From assembly GCA_036397755.1 (NCBI GenBank), contig DASWII010000009.1, positions 22,233 through 86,232 of the forward strand: a DNA stretch of 64,000 bases, in the 5' to 3' direction. Below the pieces are notes generated by a model that was given only the letters and a program-made list of their open reading frames with translations, had not been told where the DNA came from and searched no databases. Positions within the stretch are counted from its first letter, which is position 1; each line of letters begins with the position of its first letter. Positions 44,377-53,977 of this stretch are shown here, piece by piece. Source of the stretch: Gemmatimonadales bacterium (GTDB taxonomy: Bacteria > Gemmatimonadota > Gemmatimonadetes > Gemmatimonadales > GWC2-71-9). Position numbers and translations under genes: made by a program.

Positions 44377-46451
44377 TGCCGCTCGCCCTTGACACTGCCG
44401 TACAGTTTCTCCGTGGCGTCGGACCGCGGCGCGCCGAGGCGTTCGGTCGCATGGGCGTGCGCACGGCGGAGGATCTGCTCTACCATGTGCCACACCGCTA
44501 CCTGGACGCGACGACCGTAACGCCGATCGCGCGCGCCACGGTAGGGGCGGAGGTCACGGTCGTGGGCCGCGTGGTGTCCAAGGCGGTCGTCCCCACGCGA
44601 CGACGGTTGCGGATCTTTCGTGCGGTGTTGCGCGACGACAGCGGCGTGGTGGAGTGCGCCTGGCCGGGGCAGGCATTCCTCGACCGCACGATCCGGCAGG
44701 GTCAGCAGCTGTTGGTCACAGGACCCGTACGGTTCTACCACGGTCGCCAACTCGTGCCGCGGGAGTACGTGATTCTGGCGGACGAGGGCGATGAGCCGGA
44801 GCACGACGGAGCCGAGGGTCTGATCCTCCCCGTCTATCCCGCGACGGAAGGGCTGAGCCATCGCGTCATCCGGCGTATCGTCGCGGATCACCTCGACGCG
44901 CTGGTGGCACGGGTGGAGGACGACATGCCCGCGCGGCTACGCGAGGAAGCAGGTGTGCCGACGCTGGCCGTGGCGCTACGGATGGTCCATCGTCCGGAGA
45001 CGCGACGCGAGCAAACGACGGGGCGCCGCCGACTCGCGCTCGACGAGTTGTTGGACTTGCAATTGGTCGTTGCCCGGGCGCGTCATCTGGCGAAGCACCG
45101 GCGGAGTGGCATCACGTTCACGGTACGGCGTGAGCTAACCACCAGATTGAAGGACGGGCTGCCGTTTCGGCTCACCGCGGGACAGCGACAGGCGATTCGG
45201 GAAATCATGGCCGACATGACGGGCGAGGACCGCATGCACCGCCTGCTGATGGGTGACGTCGGCACCGGCAAGACGGTCGTCGCGCTCTTTGCCATGCTGC
45301 TCGCGGTCGAGAACGACTATCAGGCCGTATTCATGGCGCCAACCGAACTGTTGGCCGAGCAACACGCGCGAACGATCAGTGCGTTGCTCGCGCCGCTCGG
45401 GCAGATGCCGGAGGTCTTGCTGGGGAGGTTGTCGGCTGGGGAGAAATCGGCGATTCGCCGCCGTCTCGCGCAGGGGAATTCCCCGATCGTCGTGGGGACG
45501 CACGCGCTGATACAGGAGACGACCGCGTTCGAGCGACTGGGGTTGGTCGTGATTGACGAACAGCATCGGTTCGGGGTGGAACAGCGCGCGGCCCTGATCG
45601 CGAAAGGCGAGCAGCCCGACGTACTGTTGTTGTCCGCAACGCCGATTCCCAGAACGCTGGCGCTGACCTTGTACGGGGACTTGGACATTTCCACGCTGAC
45701 CGAGCGGCCGGCGGGTCGTGGAAACGTGGAGACCTCGTTCCGGGCTGGGAGTGAGCGCCGGGCCCTGTACGCGTTGCTACGCGACCGATGCGCGGCCGGA
45801 CAGCAGGCATACGTGGTGTACCCCGTGATCGAAGAATCGGAACGCGTCGATCTCAAGGCGGCCACGACCATGGCGGCGGAGTTGGCGAAGCGGCTTGTCC
45901 CCGTTTCGGTTGGGCTCGTGCATGGTCGGATGAAACCGGAGGAGCGAGACCGCGTCATGCGGTCGTTTCGCGATGGCAAGACCGGCGTGTTGGTCGCCAC
46001 GACGGTCATCGAGGTGGGCATCGACGTCCCCAATGCGACGGTCATGGTGATCGAGCATCCCGAACGATTCGGACTGGCCCAGTTGCACCAGCTCCGTGGT
46101 CGCGTGGGTCGGGGCGACCAGCCCAGTCAATGTATTCTGGTGACCGAGGGCACGGGGGGGTCGTACGCCAGACTCGAAGCGTTCGCGAAAACTTCGGATG
46201 GCTTCAAGATTGCGGAACTCGACCTCCGCGAGCGCGGCATGGGAGAACTCGTCGGCACCAGGCAGTCCGGGGGCTTCTATTTGCGGTTTGCTGACCTCGC
46301 CGCGGACGCGGACCTGGTCATCTTGGCTCGTCGAGAGGCCATGCGCATGATCGAGGAGGACCCCCTCCTCGAATCCGCGGTACATCTCCCGCTCCGGCGC
46401 CGGCTCGAGCGGCGCTACGAGCGCGGCATGGAGCTGTTCCGAGTGGGCTAA
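44376..46451 (+). CDS. recG: ATP-dependent DNA helicase RecG
   Basis: Wedge-domain N-terminus, 'LMGDVGTGKTVVA', 'DEQHRFGV' and 'QLHQLRGRVGRG'. The ATG overlaps the ftsY TGA. Confidence 0.95.
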   Translation: MPLALDTAVQFLRGVGPRRAEAFGRMGVRTAEDLLYHVPHRYLDATTVTPIARATVGAEVTVVGRVVSKAVVPTRRRLRIFRAVLRDDSGVVECAWPGQAFLDRTIRQGQQLLVTGPVRFYHGRQLVPREYVILADEGDEPEHDGAEGLILPVYPATEGLSHRVIRRIVADHLDALVARVEDDMPARLREEAGVPTLAVALRMVHRPETRREQTTGRRRLALDELLDLQLVVARARHLAKHRRSGITFTVRRELTTRLKDGLPFRLTAGQRQAIREIMADMTGEDRMHRLLMGDVGTGKTVVALFAMLLAVENDYQAVFMAPTELLAEQHARTISALLAPLGQMPEVLLGRLSAGEKSAIRRRLAQGNSPIVVGTHALIQETTAFERLGLVVIDEQHRFGVEQRAALIAKGEQPDVLLLSATPIPRTLALTLYGDLDISTLTERPAGRGNVETSFRAGSERRALYALLRDRCAAGQQAYVVYPVIEESERVDLKAATTMAAELAKRLVPVSVGLVHGRMKPEERDRVMRSFRDGKTGVLVATTVIEVGIDVPNATVMVIEHPERFGLAQLHQLRGRVGRGDQPSQCILVTEGTGGSYARLEAFAKTSDGFKIAELDLRERGMGELVGTRQSGGFYLRFADLAADADLVILARREAMRMIEEDPLLESAVHLPLRRRLERRYERGMELFRVG

Positions 46452-46792
46452 GCGGCGGCGGTGTTGGCGGCGTCGATCTTCGCCGCCAAGACGAAATCAC
46501 TCTCCGTCAGCCCGTCGATCTTGTGCGTCCAGATGCTCACCTCCACGCTGCCCCAGGCCAGTGCGATATTCGGGTGGTGTCCCTCTGCTTCCGCGATCGA
46601 TCCGATCGCATTCGTGAAGGCGAGTGCCCCCGCGAAATCGGGAAACGCAAACGCTTTGGCCAAGTGATGCTCGTCGACGATCTGCCAGTCGCCGCCGAGC
46701 TGCCGGGCCACCGCGGCCAGGGCTTCGCCGCGCAGGGGAGGCACGCCTCCCCGACAGGGTACGCAGTGTCGCTGTGCCAGTTCACTCGTCAT
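46448..46792 (-). CDS. pterin-4-alpha-carbinolamine dehydratase (PCD/DCoH)
   Basis: 'EGHHPNIALAWGSVEVSIWTHKIDGLTESDF' is the PCD signature. I prefer the start at the Met of 'MTSELAQRHCVPC'; the ORF track extends to 46837. Confidence 0.85.
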   Translation of the reverse strand: MTSELAQRHCVPCRGGVPPLRGEALAAVARQLGGDWQIVDEHHLAKAFAFPDFAGALAFTNAIGSIAEAEGHHPNIALAWGSVEVSIWTHKIDGLTESDFVLAAKIDAANTAAA

Positions 46793-46875
46793 CGTGTCGC
46801 TCGCCGTGTGCGGGAGGTGGTGTCCGGATGCTGCCATCGCAATCTAGTGGCGATCTGCCCGTGACGAGAATCGCG

Positions 46876-46904
46876 TTGACACCCTTCGAGCGCTCGGCTA
46901 CGAT
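46876..46904 (+). promoter_or_regulatory. sigma70-like promoter of asnS (TTGACA-17-TACGAT) ending 9 nt before the ATG
   Basis: Perfect -35 TTGACA at 46876-81, a 17-nt spacer, and TACGAT at 46899-904. No purine-rich SD precedes ATG 46914. Confidence 0.4.
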
Positions 46905-46913
46905 TCCCGCCCC

Positions 46914-48212
46914 ATGACAGCCTTCGCGTATATCGAGGACCTTCCCGCATGCATCGGCAAGGACGTGACCGTGCGCGGGTGGGTCATGACGACGCGCTCG
47001 AGCGGCAAGATCGCGTTCGTCGTGGTGCGCGATGGAACCGGGTACGTGCAGTGCGTGCTCGGGCGGCAAGACGCGTCCACGGAGGTGTGGGAGCGCGCAC
47101 GGAGTCTCACCCAGGAAACGTCCGTCGCCGTGACGGGAACCGTGCGGGACGACCCGCGCTCGCCGGGTGGCGTCGAGTTGGGGGTGACGGGTCTTGACGT
47201 CGTCGGACCGAGCGACGAGTTCCCGATCACCCCAAAGGAGCATGGAACGGGGTTCCTGTTCGCACACCGCCACCTGTGGCTGCGGAGCCGGCGGCAGGTC
47301 GCCGTGATGCGCGTGCGGCACGAGGTGATCCAGTCCATTCGGGACTTTCTTTACGAGCGCCGCTTCGTGTTGGTGGACACCCCGATCCTGACCGGCTCCA
47401 TCGGGGAATCCGCGGGCACGCTCTTCTCGACCGAATACTTCGACTTCGGCGCGGCGTACCTCGCGCAGACGGGCCAGCTCTATCTCGAAGCGGCGGCGGC
47501 GGCACTCGGGCGGGTGTATTGCTTTGGCCCGACGTTCCGCGCGGAGAAGTCCAAGACGCGACGTCACCTGGCGGAGTTCTGGATGATCGAACCCGAGATG
47601 GCGTGGTTCGACTCGGACGACAACATGCGGTTGCAGGAGACGCTCATCGCGTACGTCGTCGAACGCTGTTTGGATCGCCGCGCGGAGGACCTGAAGGAGC
47701 TTGAACGCGACACCAAACTGCTCGAACGCGTGACGCCCCCGTTTGACCGGTTGACCTACGGGGACGCTATCGAGTTTTTGCGGGGGCGGGGCAAGGATGT
47801 CAAATGGGGGAGCGATCTGGGCGCGGACGAAGAGACTGAGATCGCGGCGTCACACGACCGACCCGTGTTCGTGTACAACTATCCCAAGGCGGTTCGGGCG
47901 TTCTACATGAAGGAGCATCCCGAGCATCCGGAACTCGTTCTCAACAACGATCTGCTCGCGCCGGAGGGGTATGGCGAGATCATTGGTGGCAGCCAGCGCG
48001 AGGATGACTATGACCGGCTGGTGCGCCGCATTCGGGAGAACGATCTTCCGGAAGACGCCTACGAGTGGTATCTGGACCTGCGGCGCTACGGCACGTTCAC
48101 GCACTCTGGCTTCGGGCTCGGTGTGGAGCGTACGGTCGCCTGGGTTTGCGGACTCAGCCACATCCGGGAGGCCATCGCCTTCCCGCGCATGATGACGAAA
48201 CTCTATCCCTGA
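46914..48212 (+). CDS. asnS: asparagine--tRNA ligase
   Basis: 432 aa class IIb synthetase with an OB-fold N-terminus. 'FRAEKSKTRRHLAEFWMIEPEMA' is AsnRS-type, and 'GFGLGVERT' is present. Confidence 0.9.
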   Translation: MTAFAYIEDLPACIGKDVTVRGWVMTTRSSGKIAFVVVRDGTGYVQCVLGRQDASTEVWERARSLTQETSVAVTGTVRDDPRSPGGVELGVTGLDVVGPSDEFPITPKEHGTGFLFAHRHLWLRSRRQVAVMRVRHEVIQSIRDFLYERRFVLVDTPILTGSIGESAGTLFSTEYFDFGAAYLAQTGQLYLEAAAAALGRVYCFGPTFRAEKSKTRRHLAEFWMIEPEMAWFDSDDNMRLQETLIAYVVERCLDRRAEDLKELERDTKLLERVTPPFDRLTYGDAIEFLRGRGKDVKWGSDLGADEETEIAASHDRPVFVYNYPKAVRAFYMKEHPEHPELVLNNDLLAPEGYGEIIGGSQREDDYDRLVRRIRENDLPEDAYEWYLDLRRYGTFTHSGFGLGVERTVAWVCGLSHIREAIAFPRMMTKLYP

Positions 48213-49009
48213 GTTGGCGAGCCGGGCGGCAGCACGTCGCCCCGCAGCTTCACCTCGTCCCACAACGCATCGAGCGTCTCGAGATCGGCGCTCCCCAGTG
48301 GAATGCCACGTGCCTCGGCGAGTGCCTCGAGCATGCGGAACCGGGTCTCGAACTTCACGTTGGCGCGTTCCAGCGCGCTGCGGGGATCCACGGCGAGCTT
48401 GCGAGCGAGATTGACCAACGCGAAGAGGGCGTCGCCGACCTCCTCCAGCACCCGCCCGTCCCCCTGCGCGATGGCGGTATCCAGTTCTTCGAGCTCCTCG
48501 GTGATCTTGCGGCGAGGCCCGGACGCGTCCGGCCAATCGAATCCGACGCCGGCCGCGCGTTCCTGCAGCCGCAACGCGTGCACCAACGCGGGGAGTCCGG
48601 GCGGGAGGCCGGCGAGGACACTGCGTCCCGACAGCGGCTCGCGGAGCTTGGTGCGTTCCCACGACTGCGGACCCGCCGCGGTGGCGGGCGCTTGATCGGG
48701 GAAGAGGTGGGGATGCCGACGCCACATCTTCTGCTCGACTGCCCGTGCGAGGTCCTCGGCGCCAAAGCGGCCGGCCTCCTCGGCGAGCACCACCTGAAAG
48801 GCGACGTGGAGGAGCACGTCCCCCAGTTCCACGAGGAGCGCACGATCGTCGTCTTGCCCGATGGCGTGGTCGAGTTCCATCACTTCTTCCACGAGGTACG
48901 GTCGGAGCGACGCGGGTGTCTGTGCCGCGTCCCAGGGGCAACGCGCGCGGAGATCGCGCACGAGGTCGACGATGCGTCCAAGCGCTGATGGTTCTTGCAT
49001 TTGCGTCAT
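48203..49009 (-). CDS. mazG: MazG nucleoside triphosphate pyrophosphohydrolase
   Basis: 'RCPWDAAQT', 'EEVMELDHAI' and 'ELGDVLLHVAF', with a second EExxE/D repeat ('EELEELDTAI'). The start is taken at 'MTQMQEP'; I discard the track's upstream extension. Confidence 0.88.
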   Translation of the reverse strand: MTQMQEPSALGRIVDLVRDLRARCPWDAAQTPASLRPYLVEEVMELDHAIGQDDDRALLVELGDVLLHVAFQVVLAEEAGRFGAEDLARAVEQKMWRRHPHLFPDQAPATAAGPQSWERTKLREPLSGRSVLAGLPPGLPALVHALRLQERAAGVGFDWPDASGPRRKITEELEELDTAIAQGDGRVLEEVGDALFALVNLARKLAVDPRSALERANVKFETRFRMLEALAEARGIPLGSADLETLDALWDEVKLRGDVLPPGSPTQG

Positions 49010-49023
49010 GTGGCCGGTACAAT
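48995..49023 (+). promoter_or_regulatory. sigma70-like promoter of alr (TTGCAT-17-TACAAT), partly inside the mazG 5' coding region on the other strand
   Basis: TTGCAT at 48995-49000, a 17-nt spacer, and TACAAT at 49018-23. GTG 49036 is 12 nt downstream, with no SD. Confidence 0.35.
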
Positions 49024-49035
49024 ACCCGTCCTTTC

Positions 49036-50112
49036 GTGACGGTGTCAACGAGCCTGCCTGACCAACGCGCGTGGGTGGACGTCCACCTGGGCCACCTGCT
49101 TGCCAACGCCCGGACGATCCTGTCGGTCGCTCGTGGTGCCTCCCTGTTACCCATGGTGAAAGCCAACGCGTACGGGCTCGGTGCCGCCCGTGTGGCGGAA
49201 GCGCTCCAGACACTCGAGCCGTGGGGGCACGGCGTTGCGACGCTCGACGAGGGGGTCGAGCTCCGCCGGACGGTGGCTGAGTGGCCTATTCTGGTGTTCA
49301 CGCCGGCGAGCGCCGATCTCCAGGACGCGTTCCGCGAGCACCGCCTGCGGGCGGTGCTCGAGCAGCCCGTCGTGGCGGCCACATGGGACGCGCCGTTTCA
49401 TATCGAGGTGGATACCGGAATGGGCCGCTGCGGGGTGCGCTGGGACGATCGAGAGACGCTGGCGGCCTGCGCGATGCCGCAACTCGAAGGCGCGTTCACT
49501 CATTTCCACTCGGCGGACAAGGATCCGGAGAGCGTCGCGTTGCAGTGGAAGCGGTTTGCAACGGCGCTTGCCGCGCTGCCCGTCCGGCCGTCGCTGGTGC
49601 ATGCAGCCAACAGCGCGGGCGCGTGGCGGCTGCAACGGCGCCTCGATCTCGTCCGACCCGGCATCTTTCTCTACGGGGGACGGCACGCGCCCGATCTGCC
49701 CGCGCCCCTGCCCGTGGCGCAGGTGCGAGCGCGTGTGGTCAGCTTGCGAGTGGTGCCCCCGGGTGACAGCGTGAGCTACGGCGGCGAGTGGACCGCCGAG
49801 CGCGAGACGACGGTGGCAACGCTGGGGATTGGATACGCGGACGGCGTTCCCCGTACCCTCGGTGGAAGTGGCGCGCACGTGCTGCTCGGTGGTCGGCCCC
49901 GCCCGATCATCGGCAGGGTGACCATGGACTTCATCATGGTCGCGCTCCAGCCGGACGACCGGGTGCGGCTGGGCGACGTCGCGACGGTGATAGGCCTGGA
50001 GGGTAGGGAGGCCATCACCTTGGACCAGTTCGCGGCGTGGGGGTCGACGAACAGTTACGAAGTTCTCACGCGGCTCGGGAATCGCCTCCCGCGGCGGTAC
50101 GACGACCCATGA
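49036..50112 (+). CDS. alr: alanine racemase
   Basis: 'AWVDVHLGHLLANA', PLP-lysine motif 'VKANAYGLGA', and 'GYADG'. The start is GTG 49036 (or 49042). I discard the upstream extension, which overlaps mazG. Confidence 0.9.
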   Translation: MTVSTSLPDQRAWVDVHLGHLLANARTILSVARGASLLPMVKANAYGLGAARVAEALQTLEPWGHGVATLDEGVELRRTVAEWPILVFTPASADLQDAFREHRLRAVLEQPVVAATWDAPFHIEVDTGMGRCGVRWDDRETLAACAMPQLEGAFTHFHSADKDPESVALQWKRFATALAALPVRPSLVHAANSAGAWRLQRRLDLVRPGIFLYGGRHAPDLPAPLPVAQVRARVVSLRVVPPGDSVSYGGEWTAERETTVATLGIGYADGVPRTLGGSGAHVLLGGRPRPIIGRVTMDFIMVALQPDDRVRLGDVATVIGLEGREAITLDQFAAWGSTNSYEVLTRLGNRLPRRYDDP

Positions 50113-51293
50113 CGGGCCGTGTCCGCGGGCGGGTGGCGCTGATCGTCCTCGATGGTGTCGGTATCGGCGACGCTCCCGATCAGCGCCGTTACGGTGATGC
50201 CGGCAGCGACACGTTGGGGAATGTGGCGCGGGCCGTGGGCGGGTTTCGGCTACCGTTCCTCGAGGCGTTGGGGCTCGGTTGCTGCCGGCCACTGCAGGGC
50301 GTGGCGTGCCGCGAGCCCGCGGCCGCGCACGGGGTCGCGCTGCCCGCCTCGGCGGGTAAGGACAGCACGACCGGACACTGGGAGATGTGCGGCCTCCTGC
50401 TTCCGCGACCGTTTCCGACCTATGCGGAGGGGTTCCCCCCGGCGGTCGTGCAGGGGTTCGCCGAGCGCACGGGGAGAGGCGTGTTGGGCAACGTCGTCGC
50501 GTCCGGTACCAGGATCATCGAGCAATACGCCGTGCAGCACCGCGCGACCGGCGATTGGATTCTGTACACCTCGGCCGACAGCGTTTTCCAGGTGGCGGCG
50601 CATGAGGACACCGTGCCGCTCGAGGAGCTGTACCGAGCGTGCGAGGTAGCCCGCGACGAGGTCCTGGTCGGGGAGCACGCCGTCGCGCGTGTGATCGCCA
50701 GGCCGTTTTCCGGGCGACCCGGTACATTTCGGCGCACGGCGAACCGACGGGACTTTTCGATCGATCCGCCCGGTGCGACCTTGCTCGATCGGCTCGAGGC
50801 GCATGGCGTTCCTCGAGTGGGGGTGGGCAAGGTCGACGATCTGTTCGCTGGGCGGGGCATCCGGAGCACCCATCCACCCGACAACGCGGCTGCCTACGAC
50901 GCCATCGAGCGGGAGCTGGACCAGTTGGAGACAGGATTGCTGTTCGCGAACGTCATTGAGTTCGATCAATCGTGGGGGCACCGTAACGACGTTGCGGGGT
51001 TCTACTCGGGGCTGGAGATGTTGGATCGGCGTCTCCAGGACCTCGTTGAGCGGTTGCGGGGTCCGGATCTGATGATCCTCACCGCGGATCACGGGAACGA
51101 CCCCACAACGGCGTCGACGGATCACTCGCGGGAGGCGGTACCGGTTCTCTGTGTCGGCCCGGAGATCCGGCCGGCGCCGTTGGGGGAGCGCGAGACCTTC
51201 GCGGACATCGGCGCGACGGTGGCCGACTATTTTGACTGTGCCTTGGATGCCGGTCGGTCGTTTCTTGGGGAGATCGCGCCCTGGACGGGTTGA
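50109..51293 (+). CDS. deoB: phosphopentomutase
   Basis: '[15 protein letters not shown]', '[10 protein letters not shown]' and 'TADHGNDPT'. ATGA overlap with alr. Confidence 0.92.
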   Translation: MTGRVRGRVALIVLDGVGIGDAPDQRRYGDAGSDTLGNVARAVGGFRLPFLEALGLGCCRPLQGVACREPAAAHGVALPASAGKDSTTGHWEMCGLLLPRPFPTYAEGFPPAVVQGFAERTGRGVLGNVVASGTRIIEQYAVQHRATGDWILYTSADSVFQVAAHEDTVPLEELYRACEVARDEVLVGEHAVARVIARPFSGRPGTFRRTANRRDFSIDPPGATLLDRLEAHGVPRVGVGKVDDLFAGRGIRSTHPPDNAAAYDAIERELDQLETGLLFANVIEFDQSWGHRNDVAGFYSGLEMLDRRLQDLVERLRGPDLMILTADHGNDPTTASTDHSREAVPVLCVGPEIRPAPLGERETFADIGATVADYFDCALDAGRSFLGEIAPWTG

Positions 51294-51670
51294 TCCAGGC
51301 GGCACGGGATGCGCGGGGGCAGGCGTACGCGCCGTACAGCACGTTCCGCGTCGGTGCGGCGCTCGAGGCGGAGGACGGGCGCGTGTTTGTCGGCGCGAAT
51401 GTCGAGAACGCCTCGTACGGTTTGACTATGTGTGCGGAGCGGGTGGCCGTGGGGGCCGCGGTGGCGGCGGGCGCGACCAGGTTTCGCCGGCTTGTCGTGG
51501 TCACCGACACCGCCAATCCTGTCCCTCCCTGCGGGGGGTGCCGCCAGGTGCTTGCGGAGTTTGGAGACGGGCTCGTGGTGGAATCGGTGGGGAGGGAGGG
51601 AAGACAACGTTGGCGGATCGGAGAATTGTTGCCTGATGGTTTCGGACCACAAGATCTGGCAGGGAAGTAG
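51290..51670 (+). CDS. cdd: cytidine deaminase
   Basis: 'CAERVAV' and '[12 protein letters not shown]' zinc-binding motifs. The TTG start overlaps the deoB stop (TTGA). Confidence 0.9.
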   Translation: MIQAARDARGQAYAPYSTFRVGAALEAEDGRVFVGANVENASYGLTMCAERVAVGAAVAAGATRFRRLVVVTDTANPVPPCGGCRQVLAEFGDGLVVESVGREGRQRWRIGELLPDGFGPQDLAGK

Positions 51671-52850
51671 CTCGCGCTGGCGGGCGGTGCGCCGTGGGGC
51701 GTGGATCGTGCTCGCGGTGGCGGCGTGCGTCGAGAGGATCACGGCGCCCGGCGCCTGTCCGGACTATTGCCCCGCCGAAGACATCGTGGCGATCGACACG
51801 GTGCTGACGTCCGTGGTGGTTGGTGACAGCTCGTTTCGAGGGTACCGCAATCAGTTCGCGGCGGGGTCGCTGCATCTGGTTCCCATTGGCACGCCCCACC
51901 AGGCCGTTGGTGTCGTGCGATTCTCGACGTTTCTTGCCCGCCTCGATGGCAATGGTGACACGGTCTTGGTGCAGGACTCGTTCGGACTCACCGTGACCGT
52001 GCGGCGGCGGGCGCCGGGCGCGACGGGCTTGGAGCTCGCGGTCTATCGCCTTCCCGATTGGGCGGACTCCACGGTCACGCTTACCCAGCTGCTTCCGTGG
52101 TTCGACGACAGCACGTTGCTCGCGGTAGCCGCGGTGCCGGACACCCTGTCGGATGGCCAGAACCTCCATGTGACGATGGACTCGCTCGCGCTGCTTCCGG
52201 AGATCCGAGCCAGGCAGGCGCCGGTTCTGGGTCTGGCCCTGCGCGCGCCGGGCGAGACTTTCTTGAACGTTGGATCGATCGAGGCGGCGAGTACCGCAAC
52301 GCTGGCACGGTACGTCGAGTCCGATTCGACCAGCGCGATCGTGGACGGCGCGACGGCAACCTTCGATACGTTTGTGATCGACGATCCGCCGGCGTTGACA
52401 GCCGACGTGTTGACGATCGGTGGTGTCCCATCGGCGCGCGCCGTGCTTCGCATGGACCTGCCCCGTTCCATCATCGATTCGGCCGAGATCTCGCGGGCGA
52501 CACTGATTCTCGTGCCCAGTGAGCCTATCGACGGTGTCCTGTCCGACAGCATCGAGCTGCGTGCTGCACCGGTCTTCACCGATGTCGGGCGAAAGTCGCC
52601 GGCCATCGATCAGCTGGCGACCCGGTTGGGCCAGCTTGCGTTGGATGCCGGATCGGCCGACTCGGTGTTTCTGGAGATCACCGAGATTCTCCGTCAGTGG
52701 CGCGTGGCGCCGGAGCTGCCCCGCACCCTCGTGCTGTGGGTAAGCCCGGAGGCGTCGGGCACGCTCCAGGTGCGGTTCTGGTCGAGCCAGGGCCTGAGCG
52801 CACCTGGTCTGCGGCTGACGTATATACCACCGGTGAGGTCGGGACAATGA
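51636..52850 (+). CDS. putative lipoprotein (hypothetical)
   Basis: N-terminus '[13 protein letters not shown]' contains a lipobox-like VAAC. The rest is beta-rich and Ser/Thr/Asp-rich. The start is uncertain (ATG 51636 overlaps cdd by 35 nt). Confidence 0.55.
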   Translation: MVSDHKIWQGSSSRWRAVRRGAWIVLAVAACVERITAPGACPDYCPAEDIVAIDTVLTSVVVGDSSFRGYRNQFAAGSLHLVPIGTPHQAVGVVRFSTFLARLDGNGDTVLVQDSFGLTVTVRRRAPGATGLELAVYRLPDWADSTVTLTQLLPWFDDSTLLAVAAVPDTLSDGQNLHVTMDSLALLPEIRARQAPVLGLALRAPGETFLNVGSIEAASTATLARYVESDSTSAIVDGATATFDTFVIDDPPALTADVLTIGGVPSARAVLRMDLPRSIIDSAEISRATLILVPSEPIDGVLSDSIELRAAPVFTDVGRKSPAIDQLATRLGQLALDAGSADSVFLEITEILRQWRVAPELPRTLVLWVSPEASGTLQVRFWSSQGLSAPGLRLTYIPPVRSGQ

Positions 52851-53977
52851 GGATCGTTGCGGCAGTGTCATTGATGGCGATGACGTTCGCGCCGCTGGTG
52901 GAGGCGCAAACCTCGGTGTATGGCGTCTCGGGGTTGGGGTATCCGTCCAGTGCATGGAGCGCGCGCTCGCGTGCCCTGGGTGGCAGTACGGGGGTGTTGG
53001 ACCAAACGTCCGCGGTGAATCCGGCCAGCGCGGCGGGGTTCCGCGTCCTCGGTATGTCGCTCGCGGGGGGTTCTCAATTCCGCAGCTACGAGATTGACGG
53101 AACTTCGGTCGAGGGACTGCGCTCCACCAGGATCTCGCTGGCCATTCTCGGGGGCCCGATGGGCGGGTCGCCGATCGCATTCTCGCTGAGCTTCGCGTCG
53201 TATCTCGATCGGACCTACGATGTTGCCACGACGGACACGATCGTGTTGCGCGGCGACAGCGTGGGTATTGCGGACCGCCGCATTTCCGACGGCGGGATTG
53301 CCGACGTGCGTGGTGCGGTGGGGTGGTATCTGTCGGATCGACTGTGGATCGGTGCGGGGCTGCATCTGCTTTCCGGTTCCACCCGAGAGATTCAGGCCCG
53401 GACCTACGACACCGATCTCTATGCGAACATGATCCGAACGGGAGACATCGCGTACCGCGGCATCGGGTTTTCGGCGGGGGTCATGGCCTCGCCGGCGTCG
53501 TGGCTGCAGACCGGCGTGAGTGTTCGCGCGGCGGGAAGCCTGAGCGCGTCGACGCGCGCCGCCGACATTGCGACCAGCCCCATGCCGCGAGAGATCAACT
53601 TCGGACTGACGCTGGCGCCCGCACGGACGGTCCGCGTGAGCGGTGCGGTTGCGCACCGCACGTGGTCTCGTGCATCCGGCGGCCTCTTCGCGCCGGGAGT
53701 ACAGGCGTTCGACACCTGGGAAGTCGGCACGGGCGTCGAGCTGCCCCCCTTGGTCGGATCCGTCTTGCCGCTGCGGCTGGGATTCCGCTACACCCAGCTA
53801 CCGTTCAGTCCGGCCACGGACCAGCCGCGGGAAATCGTGTTCGCGGGTGGAACAGGATTCGATTTCGCCGCCGGTCGGGCGACCATGGACCTGACCCTCG
53901 AGCGCGTCGCGCGCGACGGGGCGGGCGCGGCAGAACGGGCCTGGCAATGGCAGGTGGAGCTGCGCGTCCGCCCGTGA
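52847..53977 (+). CDS. outer-membrane beta-barrel protein, FadL/PorV-like
   Basis: Signal peptide 'AAVSLMAMTFAPLVEAQ'. 'ARSRALGGSTGVLDQTSAVNPASAA' resembles the N-terminal hatch motif of FadL/PorV-type barrels, and alternating beta-strand patterns follow. ATGA overlap. Confidence 0.6.
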   Translation: MRIVAAVSLMAMTFAPLVEAQTSVYGVSGLGYPSSAWSARSRALGGSTGVLDQTSAVNPASAAGFRVLGMSLAGGSQFRSYEIDGTSVEGLRSTRISLAILGGPMGGSPIAFSLSFASYLDRTYDVATTDTIVLRGDSVGIADRRISDGGIADVRGAVGWYLSDRLWIGAGLHLLSGSTREIQARTYDTDLYANMIRTGDIAYRGIGFSAGVMASPASWLQTGVSVRAAGSLSASTRAADIATSPMPREINFGLTLAPARTVRVSGAVAHRTWSRASGGLFAPGVQAFDTWEVGTGVELPPLVGSVLPLRLGFRYTQLPFSPATDQPREIVFAGGTGFDFAAGRATMDLTLERVARDGAGAAERAWQWQVELRVRP

